From the IMG/VR virus record IMGVR_UViG_2534682254_000004: 16,543 nucleotides of DNA, one strand, 5' to 3'. Positions 7,971-16,108 of this stretch are shown here, in pieces; position 1 is the first letter of the stretch, and each line of letters starts with the position of its first letter. Made by a program: the position numbers and the translations under genes. Below the pieces are notes generated by a model. The model did no database searches. It saw only the letters and a list, made by a program, of their open reading frames with translations, and was not told the origin of the DNA. This DNA is from a virus (lineage: Duplodnaviria > Heunggongvirae > Uroviricota > Caudoviricetes).

Positions 7971-8465
7971 ATGAGTATGGTTGCCAGAACCAACCCCGGA
8001 CCCGCAGAGGACGACATCACCGATACCGATGATGGTGATACCCGTATTTCAGCGGGTGCATTCTGGCCGGATATTGTGCTGCGTGAACTGCGTCTGGCGG
8101 TACGACTGCCGGGCCGTGTGACCACCTCCCGCCTGCTGCATACCGCCACCGGGGCCGTGGCACACGTTACCCGCGAGCTGGAAGCGTGGCAGCAGGAACA
8201 GCAGGCGGCTGGCCATCAGACGCTGGCCGATGTTCCGGCACCCGTAATTAACGGAGAAAGCGTCAATCTCTGGCACTGGCGCAATGCGGTTTACACCGCC
8301 ACACGCGCCCTGATTCTGGAGCGTTACCGCGATGCGGACACAACGGACAAGGGCGACCGCCGGGCGGACGCACTGGATATACAGACATCGGATTTGTGGC
8401 GCGATGTGAGCTGGGCCATCTCTGACATTCTGTGCCGCCCGCGAATCTTTGCGGAGTTGTGCTGA
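7971..8465 (+). CDS. L: Head completion / stabilization protein (P2 gpL-like)
   Basis: TLADVPAPVINGESV ... ILERYRDADTTDKGDRRADALD ... LWRDVSWAI resembles P2 gpL. ATG at 7971 has a GGAG RBS 8 nt upstream; an in-frame GTG at 7962 is the alternative start. Confidence 0.85.
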   Translation: MSMVARTNPGPAEDDITDTDDGDTRISAGAFWPDIVLRELRLAVRLPGRVTTSRLLHTATGAVAHVTRELEAWQQEQQAAGHQTLADVPAPVINGESVNLWHWRNAVYTATRALILERYRDADTTDKGDRRADALDIQTSDLWRDVSWAISDILCRPRIFAELC

Positions 8466-8665
8466 TGAAAGTGAAGGCACTGGAAGGCGACACCGTGGAT
8501 TCGCTCTGTTTCCGGTACTACGGCACGACGCAGGGCGTCACCGAAAAGGTGCTGGATGCCAACCCCGGACTCTGTCAGCAGGTATTTCTGGACGCCGGGC
8601 AGGAAGTGGAGATGCCGGAGCCGGAGAAGAAGAAACGAGAAATGATTCAGTTGTGGGGGGAGTAG
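8465..8665 (+). CDS. X: Tail protein X (P2 gpX-like), 66 aa
   Basis: MKVKALEGDTVDSLCFRYYGTTQGVTEKVLDANPGL resembles P2 gpX (MKTFALQGDTLDAICVRYYGRTEGVVETVLAANPGL as recalled). ATGA overlap with the L stop. Confidence 0.8.
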   Translation: MKVKALEGDTVDSLCFRYYGTTQGVTEKVLDANPGLCQQVFLDAGQEVEMPEPEKKKREMIQLWGE

Positions 8666-8667
8666 CA

Positions 8668-8991
8668 GTGAGCACCATTCAAACAGGGATCACAGAGCAG
8701 GTTATTGCATGGCTCTTTGACCACCTGCCAACGGTGTATGCAGTAGGCGCGGCAGTCAGCATTTCCGCGCTGATGAGTCTTTATGACGGACGAACACTGG
8801 TTCAGACCGTAACGGGATCGCTGGCGTGCGGCGTTCTTGCCATGGCCGTGGCCGGGTCGTTGCGCTTCTTCGGTTTTCCTGAAGATGCCGTGACGTTTAT
8901 CGGCGCATCAATCGGTTTTATGGGGGCAGAGAAAGCACGCGACAAGGTTATTGCGGCCTTTAATCGCAGGGGGAAGGAGAAGGACGAATGA
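8668..8991 (+). CDS. Holin (three predicted TM segments, charged C-terminus), 107 aa, GTG start
   Basis: Three hydrophobic stretches (VYAVGAAVSISALMSL, VTGSLACGVLAMAVAGSL, AVTFIGASIGFMGA) and a C-terminal RRGKEKDE tail. Lies immediately upstream of the endolysin. GGGGGGAG RBS. Confidence 0.7.
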   Translation: MSTIQTGITEQVIAWLFDHLPTVYAVGAAVSISALMSLYDGRTLVQTVTGSLACGVLAMAVAGSLRFFGFPEDAVTFIGASIGFMGAEKARDKVIAAFNRRGKEKDE

Positions 8992-9380
8992 GCAACACAT
9001 TTAAATTCAGCAGCCGGAGCGAAAAGAATTTGCAGGGCGTAAATCCTGATCTGGTGAAAGTGACCCGACGGGCACTGGAAATTTCGGAAGTGGATTTTGG
9101 TATCACCGAAGGGTTGCGCAGCCGTTACCGCCAGAAGCAACTTGTGGCCACGGGTAAGAGCCAGACCATGAACAGCCGCCACCTTACGGGACATGCCGTG
9201 GATGTTGTGGCTTATATCGGCAGCCAGGTGTCATGGGAATGGCCGCTGTACGAAAAAATCGCAGCAGCATTCAGACAGGCCAGCCAGGAGCTGAATATTC
9301 CGGTGGAATGGGGCGGCGACTGGAAGACCCTGAAAGACGGACCGCATTTTCAGTTACCACACGGAGCCTATCCGGCATGA
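8988..9380 (+). CDS. Endolysin, peptidase M15 (VanY/L-Ala-D-Glu endopeptidase-like) family, 130 aa
   Basis: Spacing and context of SRHLTGHAVDV ... DGPHFQL fit the H-x6-D ... H zinc site of M15 peptidases. ATGA overlap with the holin stop. Differs in type from the P2 K lysozyme. Confidence 0.7.
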   Translation: MSNTFKFSSRSEKNLQGVNPDLVKVTRRALEISEVDFGITEGLRSRYRQKQLVATGKSQTMNSRHLTGHAVDVVAYIGSQVSWEWPLYEKIAAAFRQASQELNIPVEWGGDWKTLKDGPHFQLPHGAYPA

Positions 9381-9784
9381 AGCTCTGGCCCACGCTGGGT
9401 GTCGCTTTCCTTCTGATTGCCGCATGGGGAACATCCATGCGTCTGTCATGGTCGCTGGGCCGGGAGAACGCCAGAAACGAAGCGCAGGCCAGCACCCTGA
9501 AACGTACCGCCGACACCCTGAATATCATCAGCGCCGGGGTACAGGATATGCAGCAGGTGCTGGCGCAACTCCGCGTGGAAAATCAGCAACGCAATCAGGA
9601 CGGAGAGGCAAGACGTGAACAGCTACGCAACGATATTGCAAAAGATGAATGCGCCCACGCTTTGCCTGACGCTCGTTTTACTGACAGGCTGCGCAGGCAC
9701 GCAGAACGCGCCACGGCCAGCGCCGTCAGTCCGGCTTATACCGCAGACGCTGACCATACCGGTAACGCCTCCCCCCTTCCCTGA
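9377..9784 (+). CDS. Rz-like i-spanin (P2 LysB analogue)
   Basis: N-terminal TM helix (LWPTLGVAFLLIAAWG) then a charged, coiled-coil-like region. ATGA overlap with the endolysin stop. Contains the start of the embedded o-spanin gene. Confidence 0.7.
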   Translation: MKLWPTLGVAFLLIAAWGTSMRLSWSLGRENARNEAQASTLKRTADTLNIISAGVQDMQQVLAQLRVENQQRNQDGEARREQLRNDIAKDECAHALPDARFTDRLRRHAERATASAVSPAYTADADHTGNASPLP

Positions 9785-9935
9785 CACTCCCACATGGGGA
9801 AATCTCGGTATATGGGGCGACCGCCTTCTGGATGCACTGGAAACCTGTAACGCGGATAAACGGGCCATTGAATTACTGGAACAGCGCAGGCTGCAACGAC
9901 TGAACAACGAGGACAACAACCATGCTGAAAACTGA
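9615..9935 (+). CDS. Rz1-like o-spanin lipoprotein (P2 LysC analogue), +1 frame overlapping the end of Rz
   Basis: Signal peptide with lipobox LLTGC followed by a Pro-rich segment. Starts inside Rz and extends past it, the P2 lysB/lysC architecture. Start is GTG 9615 or ATG 9645. Confidence 0.65.
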   Translation: MNSYATILQKMNAPTLCLTLVLLTGCAGTQNAPRPAPSVRLIPQTLTIPVTPPPFPDTPTWGNLGIWGDRLLDALETCNADKRAIELLEQRRLQRLNNEDNNHAEN

Positions 9936-10389
9936 TTCCCTGCGTGAAGCCATGACCCGTTCATGCCGATGGTGTCAGGCCAACCCGGAAAAATTCACCA
10001 TTTTCGTGGAGAGCGGCAACATTGAAACGACCGGAGAAACGCCCTCGTTTGTTTACCGCTATCAGATGGTGATGTTTGTCATGGATTACGCCGGGGAGCT
10101 GGACGACCTCACGCTGCCGCTACTGGCGTGGTTATCAGAAAATCAGCCACAGTTGTTGCTCAATCCGGAGCGTAATCAGGACATCAAATTCTCCGCCGTT
10201 ATCAATGACGATGACAGCGCCGATCTCCTGTTTACGCTCCCTCTGCGGGAACGCGTTCGCATCACGCGCAGCAGTCAGGGCACGCCGCAGGCAGAACACC
10301 TGCCGGAGCCAAAACCCCGCCTGCCATCTTCCGAAGGCGACTGGTCGCATGTATTCCAGGATGTGACGTGGGGTGAAAGCGATGGATAA
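9922..10389 (+). CDS. R: Tail completion protein (P2 gpR-like), 155 aa
   Basis: Same length as P2 R (155 aa) and canonical position after the lysis genes. Assigned by synteny and size. Confidence 0.8.
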   Translation: MLKTDSLREAMTRSCRWCQANPEKFTIFVESGNIETTGETPSFVYRYQMVMFVMDYAGELDDLTLPLLAWLSENQPQLLLNPERNQDIKFSAVINDDDSADLLFTLPLRERVRITRSSQGTPQAEHLPEPKPRLPSSEGDWSHVFQDVTWGESDG

Positions 10390-11017
10390 GGCATTCACCC
10401 GCGTGGATGAAACCTTTGAGGCCATCCGCGACAGCCTGAATCAGCAGGCCATCAATAACATCGCCAGAAAGCTGGCACAGGATTTACGCCGCGCCCAGCA
10501 GGCGCGTATCCGGTCACAGAAAGCGCCGGACGGGACCGCGTGGACACCACGCAGACGCCGCGTAACCCGGATACAGGAACGCATTCGCTTTATCTGGAAT
10601 AACGAAGCACGCACGCTGAAAAACTGGCATCACGACACGGGGAAATACGGGCGAACCATTACCGGGTGGGATGAGGATAAAAATAATATCCGCACGTTTT
10701 ACCGGGATGACATCGACCGTTTTCTGGAAATACGCACCCGGCGCATCAACCAGGACAGCACAAAGCGCGTCCCCATGTTCGTAAAACTGCGCACCGCCCG
10801 CTACCTGAAAGCCCGTGCAGATGCTTCCGGTGTGACGGTGGGTTACAGCGGCGTGGCCGCACGTATTGCCCGCGTTCATCAGTTCGGTGAGCGCGATCAG
10901 GTTGCGCCGGGCATTTTCACCGATTACCCGGTACGTGAGCTGCTGGGTATCAGCCAGGCAGATGAGCGCCTGATTTATAACACGGTGCTGGGCCGGATTG
11001 CGGAGGCTGTACGGTGA
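10382..11017 (+). CDS. S: Tail completion / virion morphogenesis protein (P2 gpS-like)
   Basis: Sits between R and V and overlaps the R stop. ATG at 10382; an in-frame GTG at 10373 is the alternative. About 60 aa longer than P2 S as I recall it. Confidence 0.75.
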   Translation: MDKAFTRVDETFEAIRDSLNQQAINNIARKLAQDLRRAQQARIRSQKAPDGTAWTPRRRRVTRIQERIRFIWNNEARTLKNWHHDTGKYGRTITGWDEDKNNIRTFYRDDIDRFLEIRTRRINQDSTKRVPMFVKLRTARYLKARADASGVTVGYSGVAARIARVHQFGERDQVAPGIFTDYPVRELLGISQADERLIYNTVLGRIAEAVR

Positions 11018-11595
11018 GCGCAGAACTCATGCGACTGCTGAGCAATATCATCCGCACCGGGATCATCTCTGAAGTTGATGAGGAATCCTGGTGCGTGCGC
11101 GTTCGCAGCGGCGAACTGGAAACAGGCTGGCTGCGCTGGAACACCACGCGCGCGGGTGCCTTCAATGTGTGGTTGCCGCCATCACCCGGCGAACAGGTGG
11201 TAATTGCCTGCATCGGCGGCAACCCGGAAACCGCCATGATAATTGGCAGTCTGTGGAGTGATGCCATTCCGGCACCCGGCAAAAGCCTGAAAGAAATCGT
11301 GGTCAGCGCGCCGGATGGCGCGGTGTTCCGCTACGACGCGGACGCAGGCGCACTGAGCGCCAGCGGCATGAAAACGGCCACTTTGCAGGCATCCGTCAGC
11401 GTGAAACTGGATACGCCCGTCGTGGAATGCACAAACCTTCTGAAAACAGCCGAGATTGACGTCACAAAAGGGGGAAAGATGAGCGGCAATATCACGCACA
11501 GCGGCGGCGATTTCACCTCAAACGGCATCACAGTGCATACGCATAAGCACGGTGGCGTTAAAGGTGGCAGCGATTCGACAGGAGGCCCGCAGTGA
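11014..11595 (+). CDS. V: Baseplate spike protein (P2 gpV-like), 193 aa
   Basis: IRTGIISEV, WLRWNTTRAG, PSPGEQVVIA, VVECTNLL and KGGKMSGNITHSGGDFTSNGITVHTHKH match P2 gpV motifs as recalled. GTG start overlapping the S stop. Confidence 0.85.
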   Translation: MSAELMRLLSNIIRTGIISEVDEESWCVRVRSGELETGWLRWNTTRAGAFNVWLPPSPGEQVVIACIGGNPETAMIIGSLWSDAIPAPGKSLKEIVVSAPDGAVFRYDADAGALSASGMKTATLQASVSVKLDTPVVECTNLLKTAEIDVTKGGKMSGNITHSGGDFTSNGITVHTHKHGGVKGGSDSTGGPQ

Positions 11596-11942
11596 CAACC
11601 CGCTACACAGGAATGAACCCGGACGGAACGGGAAACCTGAACGATATGGAGCACCTGAAACAGTCAGTCAGGGACATCCTGACCACCCCGCTGGCCAGCC
11701 GGGTTATGCGACGGGAATATGGCAGCCTTGTGCCTGATTTGATTGACGAACCCATGAATAACACCACGCGTCTGCAATGCATGAGTGCTGCCGTGATTGC
11801 GCTGACACGATGGGAACCCCGCATTGCCCTGAATGCCATCGACGTTGTCTGGAAGGCAGGAGGCCGCGCCGGGGTGACGCTGTCGGGCACTGTCATGCAG
11901 ACCATGCAGAATGTTGAATTAACCATCACGCTGAGAGAGTAA
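11592..11942 (+). CDS. W: Baseplate wedge protein (P2 gpW / GPW-gp25 family), 116 aa
   Basis: Size matches P2 W (115 aa). GTGA overlap with the V stop; canonical V-W-J order. Confidence 0.85.
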   Translation: MTTRYTGMNPDGTGNLNDMEHLKQSVRDILTTPLASRVMRREYGSLVPDLIDEPMNNTTRLQCMSAAVIALTRWEPRIALNAIDVVWKAGGRAGVTLSGTVMQTMQNVELTITLRE

Positions 11943-11945
11943 ATC

Positions 11946-12842
11946 ATGCCTGCTGTTGACCTTTCCCAGTTACCGGAACCCGCCATCATCGCGGAGCCTG
12001 ATTTTGAGGAAATTCTGGCTGACACAAAGGCCATGATGATTGCGTCCTATCCCGCTGAACAGCGTGAAGCCGTTTCCGCCGCGCTGGAGCTGGAATCGGA
12101 ACCCCTGAACGTTATCGCTCAAACCATGTCGTTTCGTGAAATGCTGTTACGCCAGCGGGTTAACGAGGGCGCACGCGCCTGCATGTTAAGCCACGGTTCA
12201 GGGACAAACCTGGACAACCTCGCGGGCAATATGGACACAAAGCGCCTGGTTATCACTCCGGCAACGGATACCACCGACGCGGTGATGGAGAGCGACACCT
12301 CGCTGAGACTGCGGGCGCAGCGGGCGTATGACGGCCTGAGTGTTGCAGGCCCGTCAGGCGCATACGAGTATTTTGCACGCAGCGCCAGCGGTCTGGTGCG
12401 TGATGCGCGGGCCATCAGCCCGTCTCCGGCCTGTGTGACGGTTTCCATTCTGTCCACTGAAGGCGACGGCACAGCAACGGAGGCGTTGCTTAATACCGTT
12501 CGCGCCGTTCTGAATGCAGAGGATACCCGCCCGGTGGCCGACCGCCTGACCGTACAGAGCGCCAGAATCGTGACATGGCGGCTGAATGCAAAACTGTACT
12601 TTTACCCCGGCCCGGAATCCGAACCTATTCTGGCCGCGGCTGAATCGTCGTTCAGGAAGTGGCTGGCTGAGCAGGGGCTTATCGGTCAGGACGTGGCGTT
12701 GTCCGCCATTGCTGCCGCACTGCATGTGCACGGTGTGCAACGCGTGGAGATAATCGAACCCACACAGAATATGGCCATCAGCGACATACAGGCGGCGCGC
12801 TGTGAGTCATTCACCATCAGCGAAGGTGGGCGCAATGAGTAA
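11946..12842 (+). CDS. J: Baseplate assembly protein (P2 gpJ-like), 298 aa
   Basis: Colinear with P2 gpJ as recalled: MPAVDLSQLPEP, RQRVNEGARA, YDGLSVAGPSGAYEYFARSA, SPSPACVTVSILS, RPVADRLTVQSA, YFYPGPESEPI. Confidence 0.9.
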   Translation: MPAVDLSQLPEPAIIAEPDFEEILADTKAMMIASYPAEQREAVSAALELESEPLNVIAQTMSFREMLLRQRVNEGARACMLSHGSGTNLDNLAGNMDTKRLVITPATDTTDAVMESDTSLRLRAQRAYDGLSVAGPSGAYEYFARSASGLVRDARAISPSPACVTVSILSTEGDGTATEALLNTVRAVLNAEDTRPVADRLTVQSARIVTWRLNAKLYFYPGPESEPILAAAESSFRKWLAEQGLIGQDVALSAIAAALHVHGVQRVEIIEPTQNMAISDIQAARCESFTISEGGRNE

Positions 12843-13443
12843 TTCGTTGTTACCACCATCAGCCAGCAATTTCATGCGTTGTGCCGAAGCCGTCGGAACA
12901 CGCATTACAGACATTCCGGTAGACCTCAACACGCTGTGGTCGCCGGACACCTGCCCGGTGCATCTGCTGCCTTATCTCGCCTGGGCGTTTTCCGTTGACC
13001 GCTGGGATCGCAACTGGCCGGAAGAGACAAAGCGACAGGTGATTCGTGATGCATGGCTGATACACCGACACAAAGGGACCATCAGCGCACTGCGAAGAGC
13101 CGTGGAGCCTCTCGGCTACCTGATTGAAGTAAAGGAGTGGTGGCAACTCAATGAGGAGCCTGGAACATTTCGCATTGTTGTCGGAGTACTTGATCAGGGC
13201 ATCACCGATGAAATGTATCAGGAACTTGAGCGCCTTATTGCGGATGCAAAACCAGTAAGTCGCCATCTGACAGGGCTGGCGATCAGTCTGAGTGTGAACG
13301 GAAAGATTTTCGTTGGTACGGGATGCTATTACGGCGACGCCCTGACGGTTTATCCCTACACCCCGGAGTCCATTGTTGTCGAAGGGGATTATTTCCCGGC
13401 CCCGGCCATTCATTTAATTGATAACCTGAGAGTAAACGCATGA
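12835..13443 (+). CDS. I: Baseplate / tail-fibre attachment protein (P2 gpI-like)
   Basis: From ATG 12835 (overlapping the J stop): MSNSLLPP ... LWSPDTCPVHLLPYLAWAFSVDRWD ... HKGTISALRRAVEPLGYLI ... LIADAKPVSRHL matches P2 gpI. The ORF track's 12802 start is probably too early. Confidence 0.9.
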   Translation: MSNSLLPPSASNFMRCAEAVGTRITDIPVDLNTLWSPDTCPVHLLPYLAWAFSVDRWDRNWPEETKRQVIRDAWLIHRHKGTISALRRAVEPLGYLIEVKEWWQLNEEPGTFRIVVGVLDQGITDEMYQELERLIADAKPVSRHLTGLAISLSVNGKIFVGTGCYYGDALTVYPYTPESIVVEGDYFPAPAIHLIDNLRVNA

Positions 13444-15071
13444 CAGTGAAATACTACGCCATTCTGACTAATCAGGGCGCAGCACGACTGGCTAACGCGA
13501 CGATGCTCGGCAGTAAGCTGAATCTGACGCAAATGGCCGTTGGTGATGCAAATGGTGTGTTACCAACACCAGACCCTGCACAAACAAAACTGATTAACCA
13601 GAAACGCATTGCACCGCTGAATCTTCTGAGTGTTGACCCTAACAATCAGAGCCAGATTATTGCGGAGCAAATCATCCCTGAAAACGAGGGAGGATTCTGG
13701 ATCCGTGAGATTGGTCTTTATGATGATGAAGGTGTACTCATTGCGGTGGCAAACTGCCCGGAAACGTACAAACCGCAGTTGCAGGAAGGCAGTGGACGCA
13801 CCCAGACTATCCGCATGATTCTGGTTGTCACGAACACCGAAGCCATCACGCTGAAAATCGACCCGTCTGTGGTTCTGGCAACCCGCAAATATGTGGATGA
13901 TAAAATATCAGAGCACGAACAATCACGACGTCACCCGGACGCCTCGCTGACCGTAAAAGGTTTTACTCAGTTAAGCAGTGCAATTAACAGTGAATCAGAA
14001 ACACTGGCCGCAACACCGAAAGCGGTTAAGGCTGCATATGACCTGGCTAACGGGAAATATACCGCCCAGAACGCCACCACTACACAAAAAGGGATTGTTC
14101 AGCTCAGTAGCGCCACGAACAGCACGTCTGAAACGCTGGCAGCGACACCAAAAGCTGTTAAGGCGGTAATGGATGAAACGAACAAGAAAGCACCATTAAA
14201 CAGCCCGGCACTGACCGGAACGCCAACAACACCAACAGCGCCACAGGGGACTAATAGTACCCAGATCGCAAGCACGGCTTTCGTTATGGCCGCGATTGCC
14301 GCACTTGTAGATTCGTCACCTGATGCACTGAACACGCTGAACGAACTGGCTGCGGCGCTGGGCAATGACCCGAATTTTGCGACCACCATGACTAACGCGC
14401 TTGCGGGTAAGCAACCGAAGGATGCCACCCTGACGGCGCTGGCGGAGCTTGCTACATCAGCAGATAAACTCCCATATTTTACAGGGGCAGATCGTGCCGC
14501 GTTAACCGCGTTGACAAGTGTTGGACGTGCCATTCTTGGTAAAACCAGCACTCAGGGAGTTCTTGATTACCTTGGTTTGGGAGAAGGCTCTGCATTACCT
14601 GTTGGTGTCCCGGTTCCGTGGCCTTCAGCCACTCCGCCAACAGGCTGGCTGAAATGCAATGGTGCCGCTTTTTCTGCTGAAGAATACCCGGAACTGGCAA
14701 AGGCTTATCCGACAAATAAATTGCCTGATTTACGTGGTGAGTTTATTCGTGGCTGGGATGACGGGCGGGGGATTGATACAGGTCGCTCTATTTTAAGTAT
14801 TCAGGGGTATGCAACGGAGGATCATGCTCATGGATTACCGTCAAGATCTACGATTGTGACTGATGCAACGATTAATTTCTATTTTGATGAAAGCTGGGTA
14901 AATAGTGGCACTGACATTATCAAAAGAGGAAACACAAACGATGCCGAATTACCAGCCCCGGATTATGGAACCTTTAAAACATATAAACAATCAGTGGCTG
15001 GTTTAGGTGCCGCAGCCTCAGAAACGCGTCCGCGTAATATTGCATTTAACTATATCGTGAGGGCAGCCTGA
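13440..15071 (+). CDS. H: Tail fibre protein (P2 gpH-like constant N-terminal part fused to a variable tip carrying a tail-collar-like domain), 543 aa
   Basis: P2 H-type N-terminus (MTVKYYAILTNQGAARLANA, LTQMAVGD, FWIREIGLYDDEGVLIAVAN). Two copies of an SETLAATPKAVKA repeat. C-terminal part (PWPSATPPTGWLKCNGA ... ETRPRNIAFNYIVRAA) resembles the phage tail-collar receptor-binding fold. ATGA overlap with the I stop. Confidence 0.9.
   Translation: MTVKYYAILTNQGAARLANATMLGSKLNLTQMAVGDANGVLPTPDPAQTKLINQKRIAPLNLLSVDPNNQSQIIAEQIIPENEGGFWIREIGLYDDEGVLIAVANCPETYKPQLQEGSGRTQTIRMILVVTNTEAITLKIDPSVVLATRKYVDDKISEHEQSRRHPDASLTVKGFTQLSSAINSESETLAATPKAVKAAYDLANGKYTAQNATTTQKGIVQLSSATNSTSETLAATPKAVKAVMDETNKKAPLNSPALTGTPTTPTAPQGTNSTQIASTAFVMAAIAALVDSSPDALNTLNELAAALGNDPNFATTMTNALAGKQPKDATLTALAELATSADKLPYFTGADRAALTALTSVGRAILGKTSTQGVLDYLGLGEGSALPVGVPVPWPSATPPTGWLKCNGAAFSAEEYPELAKAYPTNKLPDLRGEFIRGWDDGRGIDTGRSILSIQGYATEDHAHGLPSRSTIVTDATINFYFDESWVNSGTDIIKRGNTNDAELPAPDYGTFKTYKQSVAGLGAAASETRPRNIAFNYIVRAA
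14511..14586. repeat. Left arm of a perfect inverted repeat (at least 76 bp) at the constant/variable junction of the tail-fibre gene
   Basis: 14511-14586 is the exact reverse complement of 16468-16543 (checked base by base). Homology ends at 14587/16467. The right arm runs to the window edge, so the repeat may be longer. Confidence 0.9.
14560..14585. other. hix/gix/cix-like 26-bp crossover site (left copy)
   Basis: TTCTTGATTACCTTGGTTTGGGAGAA; its reverse complement TTCTCCCAAACCAAGGTAATCAAGAA shares the ACCAAGGT core and TTCT...GAA flanks with hixL (TTCTTGAAAACCAAGGTTTTTGATAA as recalled). Lies at the inner edge of the inverted repeat where fibre homology ends. Confidence 0.5.
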
Positions 15072-15673
15072 TGCATAAAGCAATATTAAATAGTGACCTT
15101 ATTGCAACAAAGGCAGGGGATGTTACCGTTTATAACTACGATGGTGAAACACGGGAATATATTTCCACGTCAACTGAATATCTTGCTGTTGGTGTCGGTA
15201 TTCCGGCATGTTCCTGTCTTGATGCACCTGGCATACATAAGGTTGGTTATGCAATCTGTCGTTCTGTGAATTTAAATTCATGGGAATATGTGCCAGATCA
15301 TCGCGGTGAAATTGTCTATAGCACCGAAACAGGAGAATCGAAAGAAATCACAGCTCCGGGCGACTATCCCGAAAATACAACCACTATCGCCCCGTTAACG
15401 CCATACGATGAATGGGGTGGTAAGAAATGGGTGACGGATACCGAGGCACAGCATAGCGCCGCAGTAGACGCGGCAGAAGCACAGCGCCAGTCACTGATTG
15501 ATGCAGCAATGGCTTCCATCAGTCTGATTCAACTGAAATTGCAGGCCGGACGTAAACTGACGCAGGCAGAAACAACCAGACTTAACGCTGTGCTGGATTA
15601 CATTGACGCGGTGACGGCAACAGATACCAGCACCGCGCCGGATGTCATCTGGCCTGAACTGCCGGAGGCGTAG
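15071..15673 (+). CDS. Tail fibre assembly chaperone (Tfa / Mu U-like), 200 aa
   Basis: ATGA overlap with the H stop. C-terminal LNAVLDYIDAVTATDTSTAPDVIWPELPEA is the typical Tfa C-terminal signature. Convergent with a second tfa gene. Confidence 0.8.
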   Translation: MHKAILNSDLIATKAGDVTVYNYDGETREYISTSTEYLAVGVGIPACSCLDAPGIHKVGYAICRSVNLNSWEYVPDHRGEIVYSTETGESKEITAPGDYPENTTTIAPLTPYDEWGGKKWVTDTEAQHSAAVDAAEAQRQSLIDAAMASISLIQLKLQAGRKLTQAETTRLNAVLDYIDAVTATDTSTAPDVIWPELPEA

Positions 15674-16097
15674 GCCATTCAATATCTGGCGCACCGGAAG
15701 TATCGATCAGCTCCAGTGCGTCCAGATAATCCAGCCACAAATTATATTGCGCCAGTTCATCACCTTTCAGACGACCAATAGCGGCTTTGCCGGGCCATTG
15801 CTTACTGTTCATGTATTCGTTGGCCTGGTTAATTAGTAGCTGTCTTTCTGATTCAGTAATTTCAATAAGCTCTTCATGCGTGGGTGGAGGAATATCTGCC
15901 CACGCAGGCAGCCCATCACCTCCGGCAATACGGATTTTTCCTTGTGGCGGTTCAGCCATAAATTCACTGATAATATTTTGATTCACCTCTTTAGCATCTG
16001 ATAAATCCCATCCCTCTGATTTATATTTATCAATCATATCCACAGGGAAAAAAGCATTATGCCTTGCGCTATAAACATATTCGTTCATATAAATCAC
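15645..16097 (-). CDS. Alternative tail fibre assembly chaperone (Tfa' / Mu U'-like), 150 aa
   Basis: Minus strand. C-terminus LWLDYLDALELIDTSGAPDIEWPTPPA is a Tfa signature. Its 3' end overlaps the plus-strand tfa by 29 bp (15645-15673). Sits directly downstream of the alternative fibre tip. Confidence 0.8.
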   Translation of the reverse strand: MIYMNEYVYSARHNAFFPVDMIDKYKSEGWDLSDAKEVNQNIISEFMAEPPQGKIRIAGGDGLPAWADIPPPTHEELIEITESERQLLINQANEYMNSKQWPGKAAIGRLKGDELAQYNLWLDYLDALELIDTSGAPDIEWPTPPAVQAR

Positions 16098-16108
16098 CCT
16101 TAATAAAA

